Below are positions 53,624-62,525 of a DNA stretch of 64,000 bases, one piece after another (the first letter of the stretch is position 1; each line of letters starts with the position of its first letter). The position numbers were made by a program, and so were the translations under genes. The stretch covers positions 62,001 through 126,000 of the forward strand of contig CDROCS010005497.1 in the NCBI GenBank assembly GCA_977020255.1, in the 5' to 3' direction. This DNA comes from Obrimoposthia wandeli (taxonomy: Eukaryota). The notes beneath the pieces are model-generated. The model did no database searches. It saw only the letters and a program-made list of their open reading frames with translations, and was not told the DNA's origin.

Positions 53624-53916
53624 CATACTCATTCCAAGGAACTACTAGAGATACATTTGGTATGGCAGTTAAAGCAACAGCTTGTAGAGTCAACGGAAAA
53701 CTAGTAGACGTATACAAAGACCCAATCGGAGACTCATCTAAGAAATCCGCTAAAGGATTATTACGAGTCGACATTGTTAATGGTAATTACAAACTATCAG
53801 ACCAAGTCTCTCCAGAAGCAGAGCAAGGTGGAGAGCTAAGAACTATCTACAACGAAGGTAGATTCTACAACGAGCTTACTTTAGAACAGATAAGAGAAAA
53901 CCTAAGGAACTCATAG
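53624..53916 (+). CDS. nadV: NAMPT-like protein, exon 2
   Basis: YSFQGTTRDTFGMAVKAT...KDPIGDSSKKSAKGLL. Confidence 0.88.
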
Positions 53917-54314
53917 TGCAGTATAACCCTCACCGCTCAATAGACTTCCGAGCAAGCAAACTAATTGCAACAGCTACTACTCATAGATTAGTAATAGGTG
54001 TGGACTTCGACTTTACATTAGTAGACTCTTCACAACCAACTAGACCATTATACACAGACGTAGTATCCTTATTGAAGAAAGCTCAATCAGCTGGTATGCT
54101 CTTATGTGTGTGGACAGCCAACTCTTCACAATCATTAGTAATCTCTAAGTGGGCTGAAGCAGGCCTAAAAATAGACTACTACAATGAGTCACCTATAAAA
54201 ACACCCGAAATTAATTCAGTCAAGCCTCACTTTAACATCCTCCTAGATGACAGTGCAGGCTTAAATGAAGCAATGAAAACACTACAACAAATCTTATTAG
54301 TACTAGAGGACTAA
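53916..54314 (+). CDS. HAD-superfamily phosphatase-like protein
   Basis: DFDFTL motif I; LLDD motif IV. Confidence 0.65.
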   Translation: MQYNPHRSIDFRASKLIATATTHRLVIGVDFDFTLVDSSQPTRPLYTDVVSLLKKAQSAGMLLCVWTANSSQSLVISKWAEAGLKIDYYNESPIKTPEINSVKPHFNILLDDSAGLNEAMKTLQQILLVLED

Positions 54315-54316
54315 CT

Positions 54317-55141
54317 ATGCAACCAAACTTTAACGTATCAAGTGGAGAGTACTCAGTATTCAAATTCCCAAGTGGAGAAATCCAAGTAACTCTAAACGAA
54401 GAACCATATAAATTAGAAAAACTTACTATCACAGGCTCAGTATTATCATCAGATCATACAATGGAACTATTACAATTAATAGAAGCTATTAGATTCGAAG
54501 GTAAAGACTTCCCTATTAAACTAGTTATGCCTTACTGTGCCTACTCTAGGCAAGATAGAAGATGCAACCCAGGAGAATCATTCTCACTAGGAGTATTTGT
54601 TAAACTAATTAACTCCTGTAATTTCGAGTCAGTAATTATGTATGATAACCATTCTGATGTAGCTACCGCGTTAATCAATAACTGCACAAGTATCCCAGTA
54701 AGACAAATCTTACCTTTAGACATGTATGAGGGAGACTATGATTACTTTATTTCTCCTGATGCAGGAGCGAACAAAAAAGTACAAGAGTGCTCAAAAAGAT
54801 TCAATGTACCTATGATTCGTGCTGATAAAGTAAGAGAAACATCAACTGGTAAAATACTTGAAACAGTAGTATATACTGACGATGACCAACTAAAAGACTC
54901 TACGGTATTGATAGTAGACGACATTGTAGCTGGTGGTAGAACATTCATTGAGATTGCTAAATCTTTAAAAGCTATCGAACCATCAGTAACAATTCACTTG
55001 TACTGTACACACGGTTTCTTTAGTAAAGGTTTACATGATTTACGTGCAGCAGGTATTACTAAGTTCATTACAACTGACTCCGTATACCAATATACAGATC
55101 CTACTGTACTTGCAACTGACATGCAAATCATAAACCTATAA
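54317..55141 (+). CDS. prs: Ribose-phosphate pyrophosphokinase-like protein
   Basis: FPSGEIQV, PYCAYSRQDR, SPDAGA, IVDDIVAGGRTF. Confidence 0.88.
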   Translation: MQPNFNVSSGEYSVFKFPSGEIQVTLNEEPYKLEKLTITGSVLSSDHTMELLQLIEAIRFEGKDFPIKLVMPYCAYSRQDRRCNPGESFSLGVFVKLINSCNFESVIMYDNHSDVATALINNCTSIPVRQILPLDMYEGDYDYFISPDAGANKKVQECSKRFNVPMIRADKVRETSTGKILETVVYTDDDQLKDSTVLIVDDIVAGGRTFIEIAKSLKAIEPSVTIHLYCTHGFFSKGLHDLRAAGITKFITTDSVYQYTDPTVLATDMQIINL

Positions 55142-55219
55142 CAAACCAGAGCTCTCCGTGATGAGCCTAAACTATCAGTTGTATCTCGAGATACCACATA
55201 CCAACCCCAAGGAGCCAAC

Positions 55220-55486
55220 ATGGCACAAGAATCAATTTTAGAACAATTAGCAAGAGAATTAGCACCAAAGAAAGCTAAAGCAACTAAAAAAGCAAAATAC
55301 GTATTAGATGTTAACGGTAATTTACAAAAACAAAGACCAACAACTAAGAAAGAGCTAAAAGAAGCAGTAGTTGCTATCGCATTAGCTAACCCAACAGCAA
55401 AAATCACTGTATACAAATTAGAAGGTGCTATCAACGTAGCATTACCAGTTTCTGGTATTTCAGTAGACTCAGAGCAAGGAGAATAA
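55220..55486 (+). CDS. Small Lys-rich protein (88 aa)
   Basis: AAGGAG RBS; APKKAKATKKAK N-terminus; highly biased codons. Confidence 0.7.
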   Translation: MAQESILEQLARELAPKKAKATKKAKYVLDVNGNLQKQRPTTKKELKEAVVAIALANPTAKITVYKLEGAINVALPVSGISVDSEQGE

Positions 55487-55487
55487 C

Positions 55488-55607
55488 ATGGCAGATTTCA
55501 ACATTGATGACTTAATCGCAGACGTAACATCTGACGCAGATACAACTACAACTGTATCAACAGCATCTGGAGCAGTTTCAGAAGCTAAATCAAAAAGTGG
55601 AAAGTAG
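55488..55607 (+). CDS. 39-aa peptide MADFNIDDLIADVTSDADTTTTVSTASGAVSEAKSKSGK
   Basis: Manual translation; AAGGAG RBS; starts 1 nt after the previous stop; below the ORF-track length cutoff. Confidence 0.7.
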   Translation: MADFNIDDLIADVTSDADTTTTVSTASGAVSEAKSKSGK

Positions 55608-55672
55608 GGCGTAACCTCTTCCCAATCAGAAGGTACTAACCCTACCTTCTACCCCAACTCAAAGGAAAATAC

Positions 55673-57091
55673 ATGCATTATATTTTAGACCAGAAATCAG
55701 TAGAAGTGAGCTCTGCTCCAAGTTTCTTCCACCACCCCGACTTGGTATTCAACATTGAAAGCTTACCTGAAAGAATAAGAATAGGTGACTACACATTCTC
55801 TACAGAATGTTTTAAACCAACAAACAATATTATTCCTCATAACAGGCTAATCTATAAGTCTCTGAGACACCATGGAAGTAGCTTACTTTTTATTCCTGTG
55901 CCATTTACAATAGACTCAAGCACATCACGTGGTATTAGGAGCTACTCCTCATTTACATCTGGATATACCTCTACTTATCGAGCCAACGAATTCGTGTATG
56001 ATGAATCTCTAAGAATCTCATTAGATGGTCACTTCTGGAAGCCTCAAAGCAAAGTAACTCACAGATTTGCATCAAACTATCTTAAAGAACAAATTAGAGC
56101 TAGATACGGATTCTTCGACAGACCTAAGTCAGGTAAATCAAACGTAGTTCTAGATTCATTCTTCCCAGGCCTACTATACAAATATAACATGGACCACACT
56201 TTACTTCAAGAAGCTGAAACTTTCCCAAAAACTTCAGTAACTATCTCTCCTCTAATTGGAGACTTAATGAATGTTAAAGTTATCCCAATAGACCAACTTA
56301 CTAAAGTATTAGGGTACACAGTTAAAGACTTAGCAGACCTATTAAAAAAAGTAAAAGCAAAAAACTTGGACTTTATATTCGCAGGAGCAGGTGGAACAGG
56401 AATGAACACAGCATATTGGTTAAATGAATTATCTAAATATACAAATGTAATCAACATCTTCAACTCAATCACAGTATTTGAGAAAGAAGGTATAGAATTC
56501 TCCAACATCTTAAGATTCCCTCTACCATTATCAGCTTATGCTAATAACTTTGGAAGAAACTGGAAACCAAGTGTAATGGCTCCACTATTGACAAGACTAA
56601 CGACAAGAGATCCTCAGCTAATTAACAGCTATATAGAGAACAACAGTAATAAATTACCTTATACATTGTTTACTTCAGAGTATAATTATGAAAAAAGATC
56701 GTATTCTGTTCCCACAGCTAAGAAGCAGACAGTAGTATATGGTGCTCCAGGGATAGAACACAGAAACTACCTTTCCTCTCTTGGTAACTTCATCTGTGCA
56801 ACACACGCCTCAACAACTTGTTCAATATGGCTAAACCCAGCTCAAACAGAAAACATTGAAGTCGAATCATACGGAATGATCCAATTAGGAGGCTTCTTTA
56901 TGAATCAATTACAAATGTGTATCTCTACTATGGAGCTATTAGCATCCGACATAGACTTAAACACTAAAGATCATCACTATATGGACTATGAGTTCACTGG
57001 AGATATCAAACTAAAAACAGACCGTGCATATCAGTGGCAAATCGACAGAGATCTATTAATGATGACTGAAGAACAAGCAAATGCAATATAA
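55673..57091 (+). CDS. ThiF/MoeB/E1-like adenylating enzyme with N-terminal extension
   Basis: FIFAGAGGTG nucleotide-binding loop; ITVFEKEGIEFSNILRF resembles the D.D.vexsNl.RQ segment. Confidence 0.7.
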   Translation: MHYILDQKSVEVSSAPSFFHHPDLVFNIESLPERIRIGDYTFSTECFKPTNNIIPHNRLIYKSLRHHGSSLLFIPVPFTIDSSTSRGIRSYSSFTSGYTSTYRANEFVYDESLRISLDGHFWKPQSKVTHRFASNYLKEQIRARYGFFDRPKSGKSNVVLDSFFPGLLYKYNMDHTLLQEAETFPKTSVTISPLIGDLMNVKVIPIDQLTKVLGYTVKDLADLLKKVKAKNLDFIFAGAGGTGMNTAYWLNELSKYTNVINIFNSITVFEKEGIEFSNILRFPLPLSAYANNFGRNWKPSVMAPLLTRLTTRDPQLINSYIENNSNKLPYTLFTSEYNYEKRSYSVPTAKKQTVVYGAPGIEHRNYLSSLGNFICATHASTTCSIWLNPAQTENIEVESYGMIQLGGFFMNQLQMCISTMELLASDIDLNTKDHHYMDYEFTGDIKLKTDRAYQWQIDRDLLMMTEEQANAI

Positions 57092-57099
57092 GGACCAAC

Positions 57100-58371
57100 A
57101 TGTTCATACCAAATAAAACAACAATATTAGACCGTGTCATGAAAGACGATTTAAACGACTTCCATTCTCAATACTCTCTAGGAGCAACAATAGAGTCAAG
57201 TGTAAATAAATCTGTAACAGAAGCCGACGTAATTTATCCAATAGATATGACTAAAGCCTCTACTAATAAACTACTATCCCAAGATAGCTATTGTAACGAC
57301 CCAAAACACCCAGACTCAACTTCAAAAGCCTATAATTGTGTACCTCTATATGAAAATGTAATTAATAAAATCCTTACAATAGAAGGTGCATACACTTTTA
57401 AAGAAGCTATTCCAAAAATATTACCGTTCATTGAGAAAGCGGGATCAAACTTTTATGGAGCATTATTAAGAGATACAGAGAAGAACACTTTAATCCTTAA
57501 CCCATTCCACATACTATCCGCAGTATCAAACATAAAGTTAAACTCAAAAAGAACATATACAATTATCTTGTTCTTTTATGCTAATAGATCAGAAATGGAT
57601 AAAAAATATAGAACAAGTGTCTCAGATCCAGTACTAGTAGAACAACAATTAGACGCTCTATTACACTCTTTTGGAACTAAAGTCACATATAAGACTAAAC
57701 TTTCTGCAATGGAAAAACACGATAATGGGTCAATTTCATTAGTTACAGCCTCATGGTCTGACGTAGTTTCTCCTGGCGCTCTTGGAGAAGAAAACTACAT
57801 TGTAGCACATCAAATCCTTGCTAGAGGAGTTATCGCTCCATTTTATGGTGCAACAGCCTTAACAAAATCACCAACAGGTTCTGCATCAGGGTGTCATATC
57901 ACACCAATGAGGTCATGTAATGTCTCTGACTCACACAGAGGAGGGGGCCTAAATAACAGAGGAACATCTCCAGTATACTCCTCAGTATGTACAGGTTCAC
58001 AGTCTAACTCAACATTAGCAGGTCTACGTTCATTAACACATTGTAATCTATTATCACCATACTCAACAACTACAATCGTTGAAGGTGCTTTAGCTTACGT
58101 GGATGCTAGCATAAATAAATGTCTTCAAATATTCAAATCAGCAGGATATATACAAGACTACAAAAGTATTGCGCATGAAGCACTAGCTCAAAATGTACCT
58201 TCAAAAGAAGAAATAGAAGCATACAAAAACAATACATTCCCTACATACTTCTTCGACCACAACGACGCAACAGACTTCGAAGCCGTAGATACAAGATACA
58301 CCGAAATCAGAGACTACCTTGCACAACAAAGGAAAATAAATGACGCAAACAACAATCACGTATCCAACTAA
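57100..58371 (+). CDS. Hypothetical protein, possible prokaryotic E2-like domain
   Basis: CNVS...SVCTG resembles the NV...G.iC.G segment of prokaryotic E2s; lies between E1-like and JAB genes. Confidence 0.4.
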   Translation: MFIPNKTTILDRVMKDDLNDFHSQYSLGATIESSVNKSVTEADVIYPIDMTKASTNKLLSQDSYCNDPKHPDSTSKAYNCVPLYENVINKILTIEGAYTFKEAIPKILPFIEKAGSNFYGALLRDTEKNTLILNPFHILSAVSNIKLNSKRTYTIILFFYANRSEMDKKYRTSVSDPVLVEQQLDALLHSFGTKVTYKTKLSAMEKHDNGSISLVTASWSDVVSPGALGEENYIVAHQILARGVIAPFYGATALTKSPTGSASGCHITPMRSCNVSDSHRGGGLNNRGTSPVYSSVCTGSQSNSTLAGLRSLTHCNLLSPYSTTTIVEGALAYVDASINKCLQIFKSAGYIQDYKSIAHEALAQNVPSKEEIEAYKNNTFPTYFFDHNDATDFEAVDTRYTEIRDYLAQQRKINDANNNHVSN

Positions 58372-59608
58372 AGTACCAGAACCAACAGTTGTCGCTACTA
58401 CTAGTATTATAGATACAAGAACCCTAAAAAACCAAGGAGTTATCTTCGTAAATCAATCCGCTATGCAGAACATTTACAAGAACTCTGGCCCCTTAGCAAA
58501 AGCCAACGAATACCAAGTGCACTACTGGTTTTTAAATTTAAGATTTCGAGCAGAGGATAACTCTTTACTTGACATCGCAATCCCAACAGTGTATTTTAAC
58601 TACGAACAATTTGTTTCAGGTGCAAGAATAGACTTTGAAATGTCAGACGTATCAGCTATGTCTACTAAAGTAATTCCTATTCACAACATGAAAGTAAATG
58701 AGCTACAAGCTTCAGGATTTAAAGAAAACTTAGAATCTGAATTCGGAGTAACTTTCGAAGAAATGTCAGTAGACGTTGGTTCAATTCACAAACATCCAGG
58801 GGGCTCATCACACCAAGCATTCTCAGGAACTGACTTAGACACTAAAGCCACGGAACATGGAGTAGTTTATCCCCTAGCTTCAGCCCAAGATGACAAACCA
58901 AACTTTGCAGGAATTATGGCAATCGACTCAGGAATCTGTAATGTAGCTCACTATGAGTACAGAGTTGCAAATGGAACATTAGGTACAGATTTAAAATACG
59001 TACAAGGAAGATGTGAAGCAATCATTATTCAGGATACTAAAACTATCTCAGCAGTAGAAACTCTATTAAATGTATCTCAAGCAGCTTACAAGATAAGAGA
59101 AAAGAACTCAGCCTTATCAGAAAAACAAACTGAAGACTTTGCCACAATCTACTCTAGAACAGGTTTCAAACCTTTTACAGACACAATTAGACCTGAAAAT
59201 GTAAAGAAAACAGCTACAGCTCAACACCACTTCCCACCATCTTGGAAAGGTACAAGTAAGACTCCTATCCCAACAATCGTAAACAACCCGTCTAAGTTGA
59301 CAGAGAAGGCTTATGAACAGCTAACTTTAGCTGAGAAGGTAAACTACTTACTAACATTAGACAAAGTCTACTATGGGGACCATATAACGCTTACAGACTA
59401 TACAACATTAACCGAAACTGAAATCAAAGAAAGTATTGATGACACTTGGGAACTAATAGAGGAAGAATTAGCCCTTACTGCCCCAGAAACTACTAACCTA
59501 ACTCGAGACGTAATGATTGAAGCATTAGTATCATATGGAGTTGCAAGAGCAACCCTAATAACAGCTCCAGACTATCAAATAGCTAGCTGGTATACAAACT
59601 CACTATAA
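58340..59608 (+). CDS. JAB/JAMM (MPN+) metallopeptidase-like protein
   Basis: NEYQVHY upstream Glu and GSIHKHP...AFSGTD (HxH...SxxD). Confidence 0.7.
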   Translation: MTQTTITYPTKVPEPTVVATTSIIDTRTLKNQGVIFVNQSAMQNIYKNSGPLAKANEYQVHYWFLNLRFRAEDNSLLDIAIPTVYFNYEQFVSGARIDFEMSDVSAMSTKVIPIHNMKVNELQASGFKENLESEFGVTFEEMSVDVGSIHKHPGGSSHQAFSGTDLDTKATEHGVVYPLASAQDDKPNFAGIMAIDSGICNVAHYEYRVANGTLGTDLKYVQGRCEAIIIQDTKTISAVETLLNVSQAAYKIREKNSALSEKQTEDFATIYSRTGFKPFTDTIRPENVKKTATAQHHFPPSWKGTSKTPIPTIVNNPSKLTEKAYEQLTLAEKVNYLLTLDKVYYGDHITLTDYTTLTETEIKESIDDTWELIEEELALTAPETTNLTRDVMIEALVSYGVARATLITAPDYQIASWYTNSL

Positions 59609-59617
59609 GGAACCAAT

Positions 59618-60415
59618 ATGCTACACTATTACGACCCCGAGAAAACTAAATTCTACAGACAATTCGAGATCCAAAAGAAGAACAAGAAAACCAGAAGAAT
59701 TTGTGCTCCTTCATCAGCCTTACTAAGCCTACAACGAAACCTGTTATCAGACTATGAAATCATGTTCCGTAATCTTGCAATAATGAATAACTTAGAAGGT
59801 ATTTTCCATGGTTTCCTTAAGAATCGTAACATTGTAACTTGTGCAAGAGCCCACAAAGGTTTTCAAAACACAATTACTATGGACATCTCAAACTGTTTTG
59901 ACTCAATAACAAGAGAAATGCTTGAAACTAAGATAATAGCAAAACTGCTACCAGCAGAAGTTTTCCATAAGAACAATAGCTTAGCACAAGGTTTTGCAAC
60001 ATCACCAATATTAGCCAACATCTACCTAATAGCACCTATCGCAGATGTAAGAAAGATGGTAGCTAAACTTGTAGGAATAGACTTTTCCCTAACATGTTAC
60101 GCAGATGATATACATATTAGTACAAATTGCATAGATGAAGGAAAGCTAGGCTTAATCCAACAGATGGTTATCTACATCTTTAAGCAATATAAGTTGATAG
60201 TAAACCCAACTAAAACAAGAGTAGCCTACACTAAATTTGGTAATAGAAGAATCTTAGGAATACAAGTTGGAGACTATACACTAACTCCATCTAGAAAACT
60301 CAAGAAGAAAATCCGAGCAGCCCGTCACCAAAACAATGGACCATCTCTAGGAGGACTAGTTACAGCTTCAAAGATGTATCTACCCAAACTTTTAAGAGAA
60401 CAAGAGAAACAATAA
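59618..60415 (+). CDS. Retron-type reverse transcriptase (265 aa)
   Basis: RRICAP, FHGFLKNRNIVTCARAH (region X, NAxxH-like), MDISNCFDSI, QGFATSPILAN, YADD, RRILGIQV (region Y, VTG-like). Confidence 0.9.
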   Translation: MLHYYDPEKTKFYRQFEIQKKNKKTRRICAPSSALLSLQRNLLSDYEIMFRNLAIMNNLEGIFHGFLKNRNIVTCARAHKGFQNTITMDISNCFDSITREMLETKIIAKLLPAEVFHKNNSLAQGFATSPILANIYLIAPIADVRKMVAKLVGIDFSLTCYADDIHISTNCIDEGKLGLIQQMVIYIFKQYKLIVNPTKTRVAYTKFGNRRILGIQVGDYTLTPSRKLKKKIRAARHQNNGPSLGGLVTASKMYLPKLLREQEKQ

Positions 60416-60427
60416 ACCCCTATAAGC

Positions 60428-60660
60428 GAGTGCTTAGTAAGGGAGTATATATAGAAATAAGTACTTAACAAGACTATGAATATAGTGAAGCAGTTCGAAT
60501 CGGCTGTGTAACAATTGCTATATTTATGATAGTTTTGGGCAAAGCCCAACTATCACCTGCAGCTTCATCTCCAGTGATCTGGTAAACAGGGCCCTCCAGG
60601 CCCTGGCATCCGGATCTACGCCGACGCTGTCAAGTATATATACTCTCTCATTAAGCACTC
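60428..60660 (+). ncRNA. Retron-like ncRNA cassette 1
   Basis: 26-nt inverted repeat 60428-60453/60635-60660 (2 G.U, 1 mismatch); G at 60454; conserved hairpin 60489-60514. Confidence 0.8.
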
Positions 60661-60665
60661 ACTAA

Positions 60666-60886
60666 GTTAGCTTAGCGAAGCACTAGATAGACATAAAATT
60701 AACTATGTTCTTATCGTAGTAGCTCGTTTCGGCTATGTAACCAACGATACGAATAAGATAGTTAAACCAAAATGATCTAGTTCAAATATTCTCCGAATAT
60801 ATGATCCTAGATCATAAAGGTATAACTATCTACAGAGACCAGCATCAAAGCTGGTTAGCACGTATCTAGTGTTTCGTTAAGCTAAC
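60666..60886 (+). ncRNA. Retron-like ncRNA cassette 2
   Basis: 24-bp inverted repeat 60666-60689/60863-60886 (2 G.U); G at 60690; variant hairpin 60718-60741. Confidence 0.8.
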
Positions 60887-60892
60887 ACCAAC

Positions 60893-61107
60893 AATTATTT
60901 TACTGAAGCACCTATTAGAAATTAAATAAACTAAGAGTACTTTGGAGCAGTTCGAATCGGCTGTGTAACAACTGATTTACTTATAATAGTTTAGCGCTCC
61001 GCGTGCTACCAGGACCCAAGGGTCCTAGATCCGCACCACCGCGCAAAACTATTACCTGAGGACCGTATCCGTCTTCAGAAGGTAATAGGTGTTTCAGTAA
61101 GATAATT
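60893..61107 (+). ncRNA. Retron-like ncRNA cassette 3
   Basis: 25-bp inverted repeat 60893-60917/61083-61107 (2 G.U); G at 60918; hairpin 60946-60971 identical to that in cassette 1. Confidence 0.8.
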
Positions 61108-61121
61108 ACAAAAGGAATAAC

Positions 61122-61322
61122 ATGGAAGATTTTAGAAAACAAGAATTAAGTATAGGTGACAAAGTAGCATTCATCGGAGGCTGGAGTGGAAGTAGTATTT
61201 ACTTAAAAGAAGGCTATATAGCAAAAATAACCTCTAAAAGAATAATAGTAGCAGATAATAACTACGATACAGAGTATACTACACCTGTTAAACCAACTCG
61301 AATAGTAAAACTAACGCAGTAA
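61122..61322 (+). CDS. Small hypothetical protein (SH3-like beta fold possible)
   Basis: AAGGA RBS; ELSIGDKVAF...GYIAKIT. Confidence 0.6.
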   Translation: MEDFRKQELSIGDKVAFIGGWSGSSIYLKEGYIAKITSKRIIVADNNYDTEYTTPVKPTRIVKLTQ

Positions 61323-61780
61323 TGATAACTTTACCAATCTACTGGACAAACATTAAAGTACGAACTAAATCCACTACTCACTTAGTAGGAGAGAATTTTT
61401 TTAGAAACGCTCATTTTCATGTTAAGAATAAGATGAAAAAAGACTATACTGAATTAGTCGCAGCTCAGAAAGATAACCTTTCACCACTAGAGAGGCCATT
61501 TGAAGTTACGTATGTAGTATACTACAAGAACCCTTCAATGGATGCTAGTAATGTTGCCTCTAAGATAGAAAAATTCTATTTAGATGCACTCCAACATATA
61601 GGAATTATCCCTGAAGATAATGTGAAGTACCATAAGAAATCAACTTGGATCGTTGGGGGTCAAGATAAAGACAACCCAAGACTGGAAATATTTATAAAGG
61701 AGTTTGAGAATGATCAAGCCTACAACAAACACTTATCCGACACTCTTAGATACCTCCAAAATAGCAGTCTGGGACATTGA
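61322..61780 (+). CDS. RusA-like Holliday junction resolvase
   Basis: MDASNVASKIEKFYLDAL...IIPEDN, NPRLEIFI. Confidence 0.7.
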   Translation: MITLPIYWTNIKVRTKSTTHLVGENFFRNAHFHVKNKMKKDYTELVAAQKDNLSPLERPFEVTYVVYYKNPSMDASNVASKIEKFYLDALQHIGIIPEDNVKYHKKSTWIVGGQDKDNPRLEIFIKEFENDQAYNKHLSDTLRYLQNSSLGH

Positions 61781-62525
61781 AACAGAACTAATCCCTAAAC
61801 AAGGGCCATTAGGTGTAAACCTTATCTTCTGTAACCATATAAAAGTTAATGCAGAACCTTTAAAGAGATTCACATACTTATGGCATCCAACATCCTCAGG
61901 CAATCTTAAAGGGGCAAACAATCTTATAAACTCCTGTGAATTCATGGTTGGTCACAATATCATTAACTTTGATATCACAGTAATTGAAAACAAGATAGGT
62001 AAGCTTACACCTTATCCCTTAGACACTCTACTAATAGCCAAACTTATGTACACTTCCGATGAGCTCCTCTCAATGGATATCGGAATCAAAGATATGCCTA
62101 AAGCCTTATGGGGACGATACTCATTAAAAGCTTTCGGTTACAGGTTCAAATCTAACAAGATAATCTTCGAACAATTTGACAAGATGACTGATGACATGCT
62201 TGATTACTGCGACCAAGATGTGTTATTAACTTTTAAGTTATTCACACACCTACGTTCTATGCCAAACTTTCCCTCAATGGAAACTATCCATTTAGAGAAC
62301 CAAGTAGCTAATATCATAAAATACCAAGAACAAGCAGGTTTTTACTTCAACATCGAAGCAGCCCGAAAACTCTACACAGAAATGCGTTTCGAACAAGGTA
62401 CAATCGAACGAAGACTAAAGAAAAGGTTCCGTCCTATGTTTTTACCCGACGGTAAGCCTAAAGAAACTAACAAACTAATAAAAAAGAAAAAATCTACACG
62501 GAGGACACACAAACTATGGCATTAA
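61704..62525 (+). CDS. Family A DNA polymerase, N-terminal 3'-5' exonuclease part (frame ends early)
   Basis: VWDIET, GHNIINFD, SLKAFGYR, YCDQDV, LENQVA...GFYFN. Confidence 0.8.
   Translation: MRMIKPTTNTYPTLLDTSKIAVWDIETELIPKQGPLGVNLIFCNHIKVNAEPLKRFTYLWHPTSSGNLKGANNLINSCEFMVGHNIINFDITVIENKIGKLTPYPLDTLLIAKLMYTSDELLSMDIGIKDMPKALWGRYSLKAFGYRFKSNKIIFEQFDKMTDDMLDYCDQDVLLTFKLFTHLRSMPNFPSMETIHLENQVANIIKYQEQAGFYFNIEAARKLYTEMRFEQGTIERRLKKRFRPMFLPDGKPKETNKLIKKKKSTRRTHKLWH

Noticed and set aside
59618-60415. RT as part of a diversity-generating retroelement or group II intron
   Set aside because: No template/variable repeat pair or avd-like gene noticed by eye; too short for a maturase and no domain V seen; retron-type X/Y motifs present.
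60489-60971. CRISPR array interpretation of the 26-nt repeat
   Set aside because: Only two exact copies plus one variant, spaced ~230 nt apart, each nested inside a larger inverted repeat; no cas genes seen.
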